From: a virus
Taxonomy: Duplodnaviria; Caudoviricetes
Length of the DNA stretch: 64,000 nucleotides
Virus record (IMG/VR): IMGVR_UViG_3300010388_000214
Span: 31,626-95,625 of that record
Reading direction: 5' to 3' (one strand)
The position numbers were made by a program, and so were the translations under genes. A model generated the notes under the pieces. The model did not search any database, had not been told where the DNA came from, and worked only from the letters and a program-made list of their open reading frames with translations. Of the stretch, positions 18,226 to 30,000 are shown in pieces (the stretch's first letter is position 1; every line of letters begins with the position of its first letter).

Positions 18226-19199
18226 TGAGTACTTTAAAAACAAACAAGGTTGAAAACGTTGCTGGAGATGTGGGAATTCAGTTTGATCCAGTATCTAAGC
18301 GTATTGAGCTTCTTAGTCATGGTTTTGTTTTAAATTTTGATGGTGTCAACATTGTTCCACAGGATAAGAGCAGATCACAATTTACTTTTTCTGCTTCAGA
18401 TCAAAGCTGGGTGGTGCCAGTGGGTGTAACAAAAATTTATGTTAAGTTATGGGCAGCAGGAGGAGCAGGTGGAGGACCTGGATGGTCAACAGGCGGTTTT
18501 GGTGGCGGTGCAGGGCATACTCGTGGAATTATTCCAGTAACCCCAGGCGAAACATTAACTATTCGTGTACCACGTGGTGGATACGCAAATCCAGGAGCAA
18601 CAAACGCACCATTTGGTGGTGGGTCTTCTACAGGTGGTGGTGATAATCAGTACGCTGGAGGTGGTGGAGGATATTGTGGAATATTCCGTGGAACAACACC
18701 TTTGCTAATTGCTGGTGCTGGTGGTGGCGGCGGCTGTCAAACTGGAAGTTACGGACAGAACCACGGTGGTGCTGGCGGAGGCCTAACTGGTCGTAGAGGT
18801 GAGTGTGGAAGAAATAACGTTGGATATACTGGCGGTGGTGGAACTCAAACTGCAGGTGGAACTGGAGGTAACGGTGGCAACTCTACTGGAAATTCTGGGT
18901 CATATCTTCAAGGTGGATCAGTAAACGGAAACGTCTACGGCGGTGGTGGCGGCGGTGGCTACTATGGTGGTGGCTCAGGATCTTACGGTGCATCGGACAT
19001 GGCTGGCGGTGGCGGCGGATCTGGATATGTTGCTCCGTCAGTAATTATGGGGTCAACATATTCGGGTACTGGAAGATATCCAGCAGGAACAGACGACATT
19101 GATTACCCTGCAAGCACTACGTCAAACTACACATCTATTGGTTTTGGTGGGGTTCAGCAGTCGCATGGTGGAGACGGATTTTTGGTAATATATTACTAG
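18225..19199 (+). CDS. glycine-rich adhesin-like protein
   Basis: W.VP.GVT.I.VKLW.AGG and many GGGGG motifs. Confidence 0.8.
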   Translation: MSTLKTNKVENVAGDVGIQFDPVSKRIELLSHGFVLNFDGVNIVPQDKSRSQFTFSASDQSWVVPVGVTKIYVKLWAAGGAGGGPGWSTGGFGGGAGHTRGIIPVTPGETLTIRVPRGGYANPGATNAPFGGGSSTGGGDNQYAGGGGGYCGIFRGTTPLLIAGAGGGGGCQTGSYGQNHGGAGGGLTGRRGECGRNNVGYTGGGGTQTAGGTGGNGGNSTGNSGSYLQGGSVNGNVYGGGGGGGYYGGGSGSYGASDMAGGGGGSGYVAPSVIMGSTYSGTGRYPAGTDDIDYPASTTSNYTSIGFGGVQQSHGGDGFLVIYY

Positions 19200-19209
19200 G
19201 AGATAAATT

Positions 19210-19809
19210 ATGGCATCAACAATTAAAGTAGACAATATTCAAAACTCGTCAAGTCAAGACCTATTTGTCAATGGGTATCCAAGGCAGCCTGGTTCTGTAA
19301 TTGAGTACCTAACTGGTCCTTGTGATGGATTAACCGCAACTGTTGGATCTGGAACATACACATTTCAAAACGTAACCGCCACACAAGATTTTTCTACAAC
19401 TTATTTAGATATTACTGGTAGCACTATTGCCTATACTCCACCTCCAGGAACCTCTCGGGTAATTTATAGATTTGACTTTTCTTATGGTTGGCGTGATACA
19501 GCTCACTCAATTCAGCATTACAAATTTTTTATTGACGGCACAGAAGTTGTTTATGCAAGACATAGCAAGTCAGCACAGTATCTTGAAAATAAGTCAACGT
19601 TTGAGTGGACAATCCCTATTGGCGGATCTCCCAATACAAATACTGGTCGACAGTCTGGATGGACAACTCCAAAAACACTAAAGCTTCAGGCAAGACGTTA
19701 CGCTAACGTATCTAATGGTGGAGTAATCCACGGTTCCTACTATTGGGACGGTGGCGGTTTGTCGAACCAGTTTTGTATGCCAACACTGAGCATTATCGCT
19801 ATTGCTTAG
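19210..19809 (+). CDS. fibre-associated protein (MASTIKVDNIQN)
   Basis: ORF track; N-terminal motif shared with 17710 and 18225. Confidence 0.75.
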   Translation: MASTIKVDNIQNSSSQDLFVNGYPRQPGSVIEYLTGPCDGLTATVGSGTYTFQNVTATQDFSTTYLDITGSTIAYTPPPGTSRVIYRFDFSYGWRDTAHSIQHYKFFIDGTEVVYARHSKSAQYLENKSTFEWTIPIGGSPNTNTGRQSGWTTPKTLKLQARRYANVSNGGVIHGSYYWDGGGLSNQFCMPTLSIIAIA

Positions 19810-19823
19810 GATATAATTATATA

Positions 19824-20633
19824 ATGGCTGAAATAGACTTTCCAGATACACCATCTGACGGTGACGAATATGCTAACTATGTTTATAGTTCCTCTTCTGG
19901 GTGGAACAAAAAACCACCTGCACATCTTTACGATCTTGACGACGTAAGTATGGCTGGATCTCCAACTCACGGTACTACTCTTGAGTACGACATCGTTAGA
20001 GGTTGGGGAGCAGGAGTTGGATTAGTATTCCCAGTTGGAGGAATTAGTGTATTTGCTGGAGCCACCCCTCCGTCAAACTATTTGCTTTGTGATGGATCTG
20101 TGGTTGCAAGATCTTTATACCCCAAACTTTTTCAAATCATTGGAACTACGTATAACACTGGAGCAGAAGCATCTACAGACTTTAGGCTTCCAAACCTTAA
20201 TGGTCGTGTAGCAGCAGGTGCAGATAGCTTTGACACAAATTTCGGGTATCTGGGAAGAGTCGGTGGATCTAAGACTCACACTCTTACAGTTAACGAAATG
20301 CCTTCTCATACCCATATTCAAGACGCACATACGCACACTCAAAACTCACACTCACACACACAGGATTCACACAATCATGGTATGACGATTGGTTTTCAGC
20401 CAAACAGCTGGGAAGCAGCAAACTTTGGGCTAGGGTACTTTGGTAGCTTGCAAAATGCCTGTGCCGTTACTGGTGGTTGGGACATTGGAACTACAGGTAC
20501 TGCACCAAATATCGCAAATACAACAGCAGTAAACCTAGAAAATACAGCCACAAATCAAAATACTGGTGGAGGACTTTCTCACACAAATCTTCAGCCATAC
20601 ATTTCTATGAAATATATAATTAGATTTGAATAA
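19824..20633 (+). CDS. tail-collar fibre with HxH repeats, paralogue 1 (start MAEIDFP)
   Basis: collar motif; HTH..DAHTH..NSHSH..; leaderless start. Confidence 0.85.
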   Translation: MAEIDFPDTPSDGDEYANYVYSSSSGWNKKPPAHLYDLDDVSMAGSPTHGTTLEYDIVRGWGAGVGLVFPVGGISVFAGATPPSNYLLCDGSVVARSLYPKLFQIIGTTYNTGAEASTDFRLPNLNGRVAAGADSFDTNFGYLGRVGGSKTHTLTVNEMPSHTHIQDAHTHTQNSHSHTQDSHNHGMTIGFQPNSWEAANFGLGYFGSLQNACAVTGGWDIGTTGTAPNIANTTAVNLENTATNQNTGGGLSHTNLQPYISMKYIIRFE

Positions 20634-20648
20634 GGTATAATTAGTTTT

Positions 20649-21449
20649 ATGGCAGATCTAAACTTTCCCACTTCACCGCTAGATGGCGATACTTATGGTG
20701 ACTACGTTTATGATTCTGCAACTGAAAGTTGGATTCTCAATTCAGATATTCTTCTTAGTAACGCTAAAGACGTAGACTTTTCTGGATTAGCTGATGGTGA
20801 CACAATATCTTACTCTACAGCTACTAGCAAATGGGTAGCTAATTCTGGTAGAAGAATACCTGTCGGTGCACTCTTCCCTTATCCGTCACTTTTGGCTCCA
20901 GAGGGCTACATTTCTTGTCAGGGACAAATACTCTCTCAAACAGAATATGCAGACCTCTACTCTGTCGTTGGCTCTTTGTATAATATTGGAGGAGAGCCAT
21001 CTGGATCATTTAGAATCCCAAACTTGACCTCAAGAGTTCCAGTTGGGTATAGTTCTGGGGTATCCGAGTTTGATCCAGTAGGAAAGTACTCTGGAGGAAA
21101 TACTCATAGGCTAACCATTAGCGAATTGCCATCACATACACACACTCAGGATGCACACAGTCACAGCCAAAACGCACACAACCATACACAAGATTCTCAC
21201 AGCCATAGTGCAACAACTTCTTTCTACAACTATGGTGGCAACTTTGGTTATGGATATTTTGGTTCGTTTAGAAACCGTGTAGGCGTTACTGGTGGTTGGG
21301 GTCTAGGTACGACATCTGCCCAGCCCACCATCAACGGAACGGCAGCTGTTAATCAAAATGCCACCGCTCAAAATATGAATACTGGTGGCGATGTTCCACA
21401 CAACAATACTCAGCCGTATCTAACGCTTAACTATGTAATAAAATATTAG
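20649..21449 (+). CDS. tail-collar fibre with HxH repeats, paralogue 2
   Basis: aligns end to end with its neighbours. Confidence 0.85.
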   Translation: MADLNFPTSPLDGDTYGDYVYDSATESWILNSDILLSNAKDVDFSGLADGDTISYSTATSKWVANSGRRIPVGALFPYPSLLAPEGYISCQGQILSQTEYADLYSVVGSLYNIGGEPSGSFRIPNLTSRVPVGYSSGVSEFDPVGKYSGGNTHRLTISELPSHTHTQDAHSHSQNAHNHTQDSHSHSATTSFYNYGGNFGYGYFGSFRNRVGVTGGWGLGTTSAQPTINGTAAVNQNATAQNMNTGGDVPHNNTQPYLTLNYVIKY

Positions 21450-21473
21450 TCGTTAAGGTATAATTAAATTATA

Positions 21474-22283
21474 ATGACTATTAATTTTCCCAACTCTCCT
21501 ACAGATGGCGACAGGTATGATGGATTTATTTATACTTCCGCTACAGATACCTGGGACATTATTGCTATTGATTCCATTACTGATGCTGGAGACGTAAGCA
21601 TACCTTCTACACCAGCAAATAACGCATCTTTTGGTTTTGATCATGACTCTCAACAATGGGAAGCAATGGCTCCAGCTGTATCCGTTGGACAGGTATTTGC
21701 ATATTCTGGAACAACAGCACCAGAAGGATACCTTATTTGTAATGGGCAAGAGGTTAGCCAAACCACATATTCAGATCTATTTTCCGTATGCTCTACTTCT
21801 TATAATACTGGTGAAGAATCTTCTGGAAATTTTAGAGTGCCAGACTTAAAAACAAGAATTCCAGTTCAGGTAGATGCTTCAGACTCCAGTTTTAATCTTC
21901 TGGGTAAGACTGGTGGCAGCAAGAATGTAACTTTGGATACTACCCAAATACCATCTCACACACACACACAACTTCCACATAATCATATTCAAAATGCCCA
22001 CAACCATACTCAGGCATCACATAGTCACACTTTGGGTGTTCCCTTCTACCCATCTGGTTGGGAAGCTGGTGGCTATGGAACAGGGTATTATGGATCATTC
22101 CGAAACCGTGTAATTATTTCTGGTGGTGGTACAGGTATTGGTAGTGATGGTCGTGCTCCTGCAATTCAAAACCAGACAGCCACAAACCAAAACACCACAG
22201 CAGTAAACCAAAATACTGGTGGTGGTCAAGCACACAATAATTTACAATCTTACGTTGTGGTACAATATATTATTAAGACTTAA
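21474..22283 (+). CDS. tail-collar fibre with HxH repeats, paralogue 3
   Basis: aligns end to end with its neighbours. Confidence 0.85.
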   Translation: MTINFPNSPTDGDRYDGFIYTSATDTWDIIAIDSITDAGDVSIPSTPANNASFGFDHDSQQWEAMAPAVSVGQVFAYSGTTAPEGYLICNGQEVSQTTYSDLFSVCSTSYNTGEESSGNFRVPDLKTRIPVQVDASDSSFNLLGKTGGSKNVTLDTTQIPSHTHTQLPHNHIQNAHNHTQASHSHTLGVPFYPSGWEAGGYGTGYYGSFRNRVIISGGGTGIGSDGRAPAIQNQTATNQNTTAVNQNTGGGQAHNNLQSYVVVQYIIKT

Positions 22284-22293
22284 TGGAGGAACT

Positions 22294-22545
22294 ATGCTGG
22301 TACCTAGTAATGCTACAGCTGAGGCTATCGAAAAGATGCAACAGCAAAATTTTAGCTACCAAAATCAGCTAGATACTCTGACTGCACTAATGGCAGATAA
22401 TGAAAGATTGATTCAAGAGCTTTTGCCTGCTGGCACATGGGAAGAGGTTGAGGATCCAGACACAACCGACACCCCAGACGGAGAGGGACTGTTGCCAACG
22501 CCATTCCCACCACCAACTAATCCAGAATTGGATACAACAAGCTAG
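22294..22545 (+). CDS. small coiled-coil protein, possible fibre chaperone (start MLVPSN)
   Basis: SD GGAGG before 22294. Confidence 0.6.
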   Translation: MLVPSNATAEAIEKMQQQNFSYQNQLDTLTALMADNERLIQELLPAGTWEEVEDPDTTDTPDGEGLLPTPFPPPTNPELDTTS

Positions 22546-22557
22546 TAGGAAATAATC

Positions 22558-22845
22558 ATGCCAGTAAACTTTCCTACCAGTCCAGCTCTCAACGACACGT
22601 ATACCTACTCTGGTCGTGTCTGGAAGTGGAATGGAAAAGCATGGGAGTCTATCAGCTCTAGCTATGGACCAACTGGACCTCAAGGTCTGTCTGCGTATGA
22701 AGTAGCAGTCGATAACGGTTTCATTGGAACAGAATCCGAATGGCTAGCTGCATCTCTAAACACAATAGAGGGCAATAATATTAAAGTTACAGTAGCTGAG
22801 AATGCACCAACAAGTCCCGATACTGGCGACTTGTGGTTTTGGTAG
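22558..22845 (+). CDS. small fibre adaptor protein
   Basis: NFPTSP, GLSAYEVAV.NGF.GTE.EWL, C-terminal P.SP..GDLWFW. Confidence 0.75.
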   Translation: MPVNFPTSPALNDTYTYSGRVWKWNGKAWESISSSYGPTGPQGLSAYEVAVDNGFIGTESEWLAASLNTIEGNNIKVTVAENAPTSPDTGDLWFW

Positions 22846-22856
22846 GTGATTAGCTA

Positions 22857-23951
22857 ATGCCAAGAACCCAGGGTAATGGTGTAACAATTGGTTCCAGCGT
22901 CAATAATAACTATTTCTTTATTGACTGGTCAGAAACCGTAAACTATAGTGCAAACACTTCAACCATTAGCTGGTCGGCATATTTTCACTACACATCTTCT
23001 GACGCACAGCTGGACGATGGAGATGCAAGTATTGGTGGAAATCTTGTTTGGGATGTTCCAGGCAGAGTTAAAAACTATGCAGGCACATTCACCACAAGAG
23101 ACCATTTTTTGGCTTCTGGATCAATTACTTTAGGTCATACCAATGATGGTGGTGGTACCTTTAACGTATCTGGTAGCGTTTTTGGTTCTCTTTCAGCTAG
23201 ATCTTCCGCTTCCGCAAACTATAGCTTTACAGCAATTGATAGAACCCCAACTACTCCATCAATTAGTGGTGGGCTTAGGGCTACAGATGGACTAAGCTTT
23301 TCTGCAGTCGCAACTGGTGGGGTGAATAACTCTGGACCCACTGTAACCTTTACGCTGCAAAGATCTACAAACAATGTAGACTTTACCGATATATCTTCTA
23401 CAACAACATCTGGTGCCACGCTTACAGCTTCAGGACTTACTGGAAGCACAGTTTATTACTTTAGAATTAAGGCGTCAAACTCTGTTAGTACAAAGTATTC
23501 GTCATCCATTACTTCTAACGGCGTACCAACCGCACCAGCATCGCTAACATACGTAAAGACTGGAAGAAATGTCGCCCTTACAGCAACCGCATCTTCATCT
23601 GCTGGCGGAGGAACAATCTCCTCTTATTCCGTACAATACAGAACTAGTTCGGATGGCGGTTCTAGCTGGGGTAGCTGGGGAAATACTCAGACTATGACAT
23701 CTCTGCAATATACATACTCGCTATTGCCACCAGCATTAACCTATGACTTTAGAGTATACTCTACAAACGAAGTTGGAAACAGTCCTACAACATCTATTGC
23801 TACACCATTCTTTGTCGCAGCTGGTGGAAAGAGGTGGAATGGCACAGCGTTTGTCGCAACCCAGACCGCCAAGAGGTGGAATGGGACATCCTGGATAGAT
23901 CTAACAACTGCTAAAAGGTGGAATGGGTCATCGTGGGTAGATCTTTCTTGA
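22857..23951 (+). CDS. Ser/Thr-rich virion protein with FN3 domains
   Basis: YYFRIKA.N and YDFRVY..N FN3 motifs; KRWNG repeats. Confidence 0.8.
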   Translation: MPRTQGNGVTIGSSVNNNYFFIDWSETVNYSANTSTISWSAYFHYTSSDAQLDDGDASIGGNLVWDVPGRVKNYAGTFTTRDHFLASGSITLGHTNDGGGTFNVSGSVFGSLSARSSASANYSFTAIDRTPTTPSISGGLRATDGLSFSAVATGGVNNSGPTVTFTLQRSTNNVDFTDISSTTTSGATLTASGLTGSTVYYFRIKASNSVSTKYSSSITSNGVPTAPASLTYVKTGRNVALTATASSSAGGGTISSYSVQYRTSSDGGSSWGSWGNTQTMTSLQYTYSLLPPALTYDFRVYSTNEVGNSPTTSIATPFFVAAGGKRWNGTAFVATQTAKRWNGTSWIDLTTAKRWNGSSWVDLS

Positions 23952-23980
23952 TGTATAATATTATTAACAGATAGGAAAGT

Positions 23981-25033
23981 ATGAGAGTAGCAGTTTACAC
24001 AATTGCATTAAATGAAGAACAGTTTGTGCAGCCATGGTATGAGTCTGCAAAAGAAGCAGACTACCTACTTATTGCAGATACTGGATCTACCGATGAAACA
24101 GTGCAGCGTGCACTTGAGCTTGACATTGACGTTGCTCATATATCAGTTAAACCGTGGAGGTTTGACGATGCCCGTAACGCATCCTTGGCTGCCTTGCCAG
24201 ATGATATAGATATCTGCATCGCACTAGATATGGACGAAGTGCTTTTGCCAGGGTGGAGAGAAGAGCTTGAAAAGGCTTATGCTCAGCAAGCTACTAGGCC
24301 AAGATACAAATATACCTGGAACTGGAAAGAGGACGGCTCTCCAGGACTTCAGTATGGCGGAGACAAGATTCACGCACGTCATGGCTATAGGTGGAAGCAT
24401 CCAGTACACGAAGTGATAGTGGCCGATCGCATACAGGAAAAACAGGTTTGGTGTAATTTAGAAATTCACCATCACGCAGACAATTCAAAGTCAAGATCTT
24501 CCTACCTGCCATTATTAGAGCTTTCGGTAACGGAAGATCCATTCAATGATCGTAATGCATTTTACTACGCCAGAGAGCTGACATTTTATGGACAGACAGA
24601 TAAGGCAATTAAAGAACTTAACCGATACCTGTCACTACCAACCGCAACCTGGGGTGCTGAAAGAGCCAGGGCACACAGGTATTTAGCACAGTACGACACT
24701 GACAATACAGAGATTCATCTCAAGAATGCAATTAGTGAAGATGCTGGTAGACGAGAGCCAATCGTAGACTTGGCAATGATGTATTACAAAAAGGGTGAGT
24801 GGAGAAGCTGCTATAGAGCAGCCTTAGACGCTTTGCAAATAAGGGAAAAGCCTCTAGACTATCTCTGCGAAGAGTTTGCCTGGGGAGATGCTCCGTACGA
24901 TTTAGCCGCTATATCTGCATACCATCTAGGCCTAACGCCAACAGCCATTAAGTATGGCAAAAAGGCTGTAGCCCTGAACCCAAACGATGAAAGACTGAAG
25001 GCCAACCTGAAGTTTTATTTAAACAAAGACTAG
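23981..25033 (+). CDS. GT2 glycosyltransferase with TPR C-terminus
   Basis: YTIALNEE, DTGSTD, FDDARN, LDMDE, PVHE and helical repeats. Confidence 0.9.
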   Translation: MRVAVYTIALNEEQFVQPWYESAKEADYLLIADTGSTDETVQRALELDIDVAHISVKPWRFDDARNASLAALPDDIDICIALDMDEVLLPGWREELEKAYAQQATRPRYKYTWNWKEDGSPGLQYGGDKIHARHGYRWKHPVHEVIVADRIQEKQVWCNLEIHHHADNSKSRSSYLPLLELSVTEDPFNDRNAFYYARELTFYGQTDKAIKELNRYLSLPTATWGAERARAHRYLAQYDTDNTEIHLKNAISEDAGRREPIVDLAMMYYKKGEWRSCYRAALDALQIREKPLDYLCEEFAWGDAPYDLAAISAYHLGLTPTAIKYGKKAVALNPNDERLKANLKFYLNKD

Positions 25034-25051
25034 TTATGTTATAATTGGGAT

Positions 25052-25567
25052 ATGGCTAATATTGGATCCTCAACATTTGACTCGCTGATTCCTGACATCA
25101 CCGACATTGCCGATATTCAAAAAGCTTTCAAGCTTTATCACTTTGGAAATACTGAGCTAACATCAACTTCTGGTCAGGGTATTTGGGGACACCTAACCTC
25201 TATTAGTTCTGCTGTTGCCACTAAAGCAAATATTGCTAGCCCCACATTTACTGGTACAGTCACGATGCCAGCTGGAACAATTTCTTCTGTAGCACTAAAG
25301 CTGGTTGCAGGCACAAACCTAACAACTCCAGTAGCAGGTGCTGTAGAGTTTGACGGAACAAACTTATACTTTACCCCATCTTCTAGCAGAAAAACTGTAG
25401 CTTTTACTGATTCGAACATTACTGGTACTGCCGCAGCTGCACAGTCTGTTTTATATTATGGAGGATCTTCTGGATCCATGAATTATTCAGCACCCAACAA
25501 GAAAATCTTTACTGGATCGACTCCACCATCATCTGGTGTAGCAGTTGGCGATATTTGGATGTGGTAG
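25052..25567 (+). CDS. fibre adaptor/minor virion protein
   Basis: KANIASPTFTGT, GAVEFDG; ends GDIWMW. Confidence 0.75.
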   Translation: MANIGSSTFDSLIPDITDIADIQKAFKLYHFGNTELTSTSGQGIWGHLTSISSAVATKANIASPTFTGTVTMPAGTISSVALKLVAGTNLTTPVAGAVEFDGTNLYFTPSSSRKTVAFTDSNITGTAAAAQSVLYYGGSSGSMNYSAPNKKIFTGSTPPSSGVAVGDIWMW

Positions 25568-25570
25568 TCA

Positions 25571-27019
25571 ATGGCTTCGGGTACAGGTTCTTCCGATAGA
25601 GGCTATTATCTAAGAGCCAATATTACGCAGGGTCAGCAAGACTCTACTAATAACAGAACCTATTGCTATGCATCAATCGAGCTTGTAGCGACAAACCAGT
25701 ATTTCTCTAACTGGACTGGCGAAGGAAACTTCCAGGTAAACGGAGGCGTAGTCCAATACTACGGCGGTAAGTACTACATGACTGGTACATATACATCGAT
25801 TACTATTGGTTCTTGGGAAGGATGGGTTGGACATAATAGTGTTGGTGAAGCAACTCTAAGTGTCTACTCTCTGTTCAATATTCCAAACGGAGCAAGTTAT
25901 ACTCCAAGAAATATTTCCGTATCATATCAGGAAACTCTGCCAAACTATACCAGATTACCAAGCAAGCCAAGCATCACTCTAGACTCTAGAGATCGTGGAA
26001 CTATTAACATGACTGCTAGTTCTTCGGTACCTTCTGGTGCACCAGCAATTACATCTTATACGTGGGAATACAGCACAAATGGGTCTAGCTGGACAAGTAT
26101 TGCTGGACAGACCACCTCTACACTTAACTGGACTGGTGCTACTGCAACCACCCAATACTATATAAGAGTTTATGCAACAAACACTGAAGGAAACAGCTAT
26201 TCTGACTCAAGTGCATTAATTTCTGCAGCACCAAGTCAGCCAATAGCAGCTACGCTATCAAGAGACGGAACATCAATCTCTGCAGTACTATCCACCCCAG
26301 CAGCCAATGGTAGCAGTCTAACAACCTTTACAGTTCAAGTAGATACAGTTTCTTCCTTTGACTCATTAGGACTTTCCACAACTAGTGGTATTTTAGCAAG
26401 CCCGTTTGCAATCCCAGAACTTTCACCAGATACTACCTACTATTTGAGATACAAGGTTGGATCTACCAACAGAGGAGACTCTGACTATTCCGCATCTTCA
26501 AATGTAACCATTCCTCCAGTTCCTTCGGGACCCACAATTACAACAGCACTAACAAAACAAGTTAGAAAGGTAACCATTGACTGGAATGCCCCATCTGTTT
26601 CTGGTGGAACTACAATTCTGGGGTACCAGGTAGAAGCCAGGTATAGCGAAGATGGTGGATCTACCTGGGTAAATAGTTTTGAACAAATAGCTACTCCTGC
26701 AGCTGGAACTACCATTTTAGAAACTGCAGATTTAAATATTGCAAAAACTTATCAATTTAGAGTACGGGCAGTAACAGATGTAGGGCTGACAGCCTACTCT
26801 TCCACGGCTTCTCTGACGGAATACAATAGTATTTTTATTTCTGCATATGGCTATCGTCACGACGGAACAAACTTCAATACTGCAATTCAGTTTGCTGCAA
26901 GATATACTGGAAGTTCTGGAGATTCCATTGTTGTAAATGGAACAACCTACACTGGCTGGAAAACAATAGAAAACGTAAAACGCTATACTGGCTCAGAATT
27001 TATATCTTTGACTCAATAG
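25571..27019 (+). CDS. Ser/Thr-rich virion protein with several FN3 domains
   Basis: YYIRVYA.N, L.PDTTYY, YQFRVRA. Confidence 0.8.
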   Translation: MASGTGSSDRGYYLRANITQGQQDSTNNRTYCYASIELVATNQYFSNWTGEGNFQVNGGVVQYYGGKYYMTGTYTSITIGSWEGWVGHNSVGEATLSVYSLFNIPNGASYTPRNISVSYQETLPNYTRLPSKPSITLDSRDRGTINMTASSSVPSGAPAITSYTWEYSTNGSSWTSIAGQTTSTLNWTGATATTQYYIRVYATNTEGNSYSDSSALISAAPSQPIAATLSRDGTSISAVLSTPAANGSSLTTFTVQVDTVSSFDSLGLSTTSGILASPFAIPELSPDTTYYLRYKVGSTNRGDSDYSASSNVTIPPVPSGPTITTALTKQVRKVTIDWNAPSVSGGTTILGYQVEARYSEDGGSTWVNSFEQIATPAAGTTILETADLNIAKTYQFRVRAVTDVGLTAYSSTASLTEYNSIFISAYGYRHDGTNFNTAIQFAARYTGSSGDSIVVNGTTYTGWKTIENVKRYTGSEFISLTQ

Positions 27020-27066
27020 ATAAATAATTAAAACCTAGTATGGTAAGATTGTTTTAGGTGAATTAA

Positions 27067-30000
27067 TTGTCAACTCCATCAAATCTTTATGCAGAAAAGG
27101 TGTTTTCGGAACATCCAATTGCACTGTGGGCACTTGACGATAAATGTGACTACATCAGTTATGTCAGCGAATCAAACAGAAGATTCTATGACTACACAAC
27201 TCAGTGGTTGTATACTGGCATGACGCCATCTTCTGGGGAGAGTGGAACGGTTGTAGAGTTTTCTGCAACTTCTGCTATCGTGGACGAAAAATTTGTTTTT
27301 CAAGATTCTGCGGTAACGAAGATTACACCTCCAGCACTCACAGTAGGTCAAACAGGAACTTTTACAATAAGTAGCAGGTTTACAATTGATGTAGTTAGTA
27401 GATCCTTTTCTGTCGCACTCTATCAATACTCTGACGTAGCACTAACTAGCGTAGAGATTTCTGCTACGGCAACTGGATACTCTCAGACCGAAACTTTCTC
27501 CAGTCTTCAGGCAAACAAGCAAAACCATCTCTGTGCAACTTTTAGTACAACAGAAGAAGTCAATGACATAACTATTTCAATTGAGATTACCTATCCATAC
27601 TCTGCAACAGCTACAGAAATATACTTAAACGGATTTTCTATTGGATCTTTTAGTGAAGAGTTTTCTGCAACTTCTTTGGGAATTGACTATCAGCAACAGC
27701 TTCCTACAGACATTGCACTATCACAGCGTAATGGAGTAAAGGCGTTGGCCTATGGGTCAGAACAGGACTACGGATACTACCTTTTATCTGACACAACACT
27801 ACTTGCAAAAAACTCAAGTATCCCCATGGTTTACGGTGCATCAAACTCCACTATTCTTCACGAGGCAAATCAGACAGAACCACACATGATCCTTCCAGGA
27901 AAAGGCTTTATGAATGAAAAGGGGAAGACTAATACCCTAACTCTAGAGGCATGGCTGAGAATTAATTCAAACAATGCATCTGAAAGAATTATTGGGCCAA
28001 TTGCATCAGAGGACGGACTTTACGTAGACGGGCCATTCCTGGTTCTTAGAATTGATGACAAGACATGCTCTCACTTTGTCGGGGAATGGTTTAGGCCAAT
28101 GCTAGTAGACGTTATTGTTAGCAAGTCTACAGCATCCCTAATGGTAAATGGAGAATCTGTTGCATCAATAGATCTTTCGGACTCAACCCATAACTACGCT
28201 TCGCCAGAAGATTCAAGTGGAAAAAGTCAGGACTGGATTGGGTTTTACTGTTATGGAAATGTGACTTCTGTAGAGGTAGACTGTGTTGCCATTTATCCAT
28301 ATGAAGTTAGTGAAGTGTTGGCTAAGAAGAGATTTGTTTCTGGCCAAGGAGTGGTGTATCCACAAGACATTAACGTAGCCTATTCTGGTGAATCTATTTT
28401 TATCGACTACATATATTCGAACTATGCAAAAAATTATGAGTTTCCAACAATATCTAGCTGGCAGCAAGGCTTCTTTGATAACTTGGATGTTTCTTCAAAA
28501 AAACTGTCATCGCCAACATATCAGCTACCTAGCGTTTCGTCTAGTGGCGGATCTGCATACACCATATCTAAGCTACAAAAAGATCTAAATCCAACCCACG
28601 GTGCAATTTCACTAAAAGAGCCATCAGACTGGTCTGACAAGAACTCTTACCTTTATTTTCCATCACTCAACATCTTGCAAACCACAGTTTCTGCCATCTT
28701 GGGAATTTTTTATAAATCAGAAACTGATTCTTCCACAAATAGGCAGACGTTAATTAAAATTGTTAATACGTTAAATGATAGCTATGTTCGAATTTCGTTG
28801 GAAGATGAAACTCTTAGATATTCTTACAAGGTGATGGGTCAAGCAGAACTAACTTTAGATTATAGTGATGAAAACGAAACAGTAGACATTACAAAGGGAG
28901 ATCTATTCTCGGCAGGAATCAATATTTCAAAAATTTCTGAAAAATATCCAGAGCTAAAGGAATTTTTCTCAAACAGAAGTTCTCTATCCGTAATGATTGC
29001 AGGCGACTACTCTGGAACAGACTCTTCGCTAGATACAACATTTAGTGGAAGAATGTCTAGCATTAGTTTTTGTACTGAAAAAAATGTACAAGAGTTTGAC
29101 CTATTCTTTAGTGCGGACGGCATCTTGGATACTACCGAAACAACACTTCCTGCAGCAAGTTATAGCCTAGTTCTTAGCGATGTTTCTGGGGTATCGAAAA
29201 TAGAGGTTAGTACAAAGTCTTACTGGCAATCACATGTTCCACTTTCTTCTCTCTCAAAACTACAAACTAGCTCTACTGGGGTAGTTAGTGACGGAATTGA
29301 CTTTGTTCAGATTAATCTTGACTACCCACAAACTAGGCCAACAGCTACCGCAGAACTAGATCCAAGACTGGATGATGTAAAAACATTTGTAACCTTTCAA
29401 TATATTTCTGATGGGGCAAATAAAGATCTATCTGAATTTACATCGCTAACATTTGATTCAGAAAAGGTGTTTTTGGTAGAACCAGGATCAAGCTCAGAAG
29501 ACTGGACGGAAACAAAGTATCAGGTTATTGACGGAACGATTGTTTATCCACCAGAACTGCAAGACGGAGAGTCCTATGTAGACATAGCACTTTGCATTCA
29601 TATGGAAATTGTTGCGAACAATTCTTTAAGTAATAAATTGGTTACCAGATTCCTAAAACTTGGATCTCAAAGCTTGTCTAATAATGCCTCTGTAGCGTCT
29701 TCGCCAATAAACAAGATTGGAACAAAGTTTGGCAAGGGGCTTTATCCATATAAAGAAAATGCTACTAATGGATTCCCTGGAAACATTTCCTATAAAGCTA
29801 AAAACCCATTTAGAATATTTAGAGGTTCTGGACCTCACCTTTACTTAACTCATAATTCTGGAATCTCTGTTGCTGGAGAGTATGATAGTAATGTAAATAG
29901 GGGTCTGTTTGCAAGACTAAACAGAGATGCTTTTGCTAATACAAACATCAGCTCTCTGCAAATGTCGGTCCTCTGGAATAATAAATTATTTCCAGAGACT

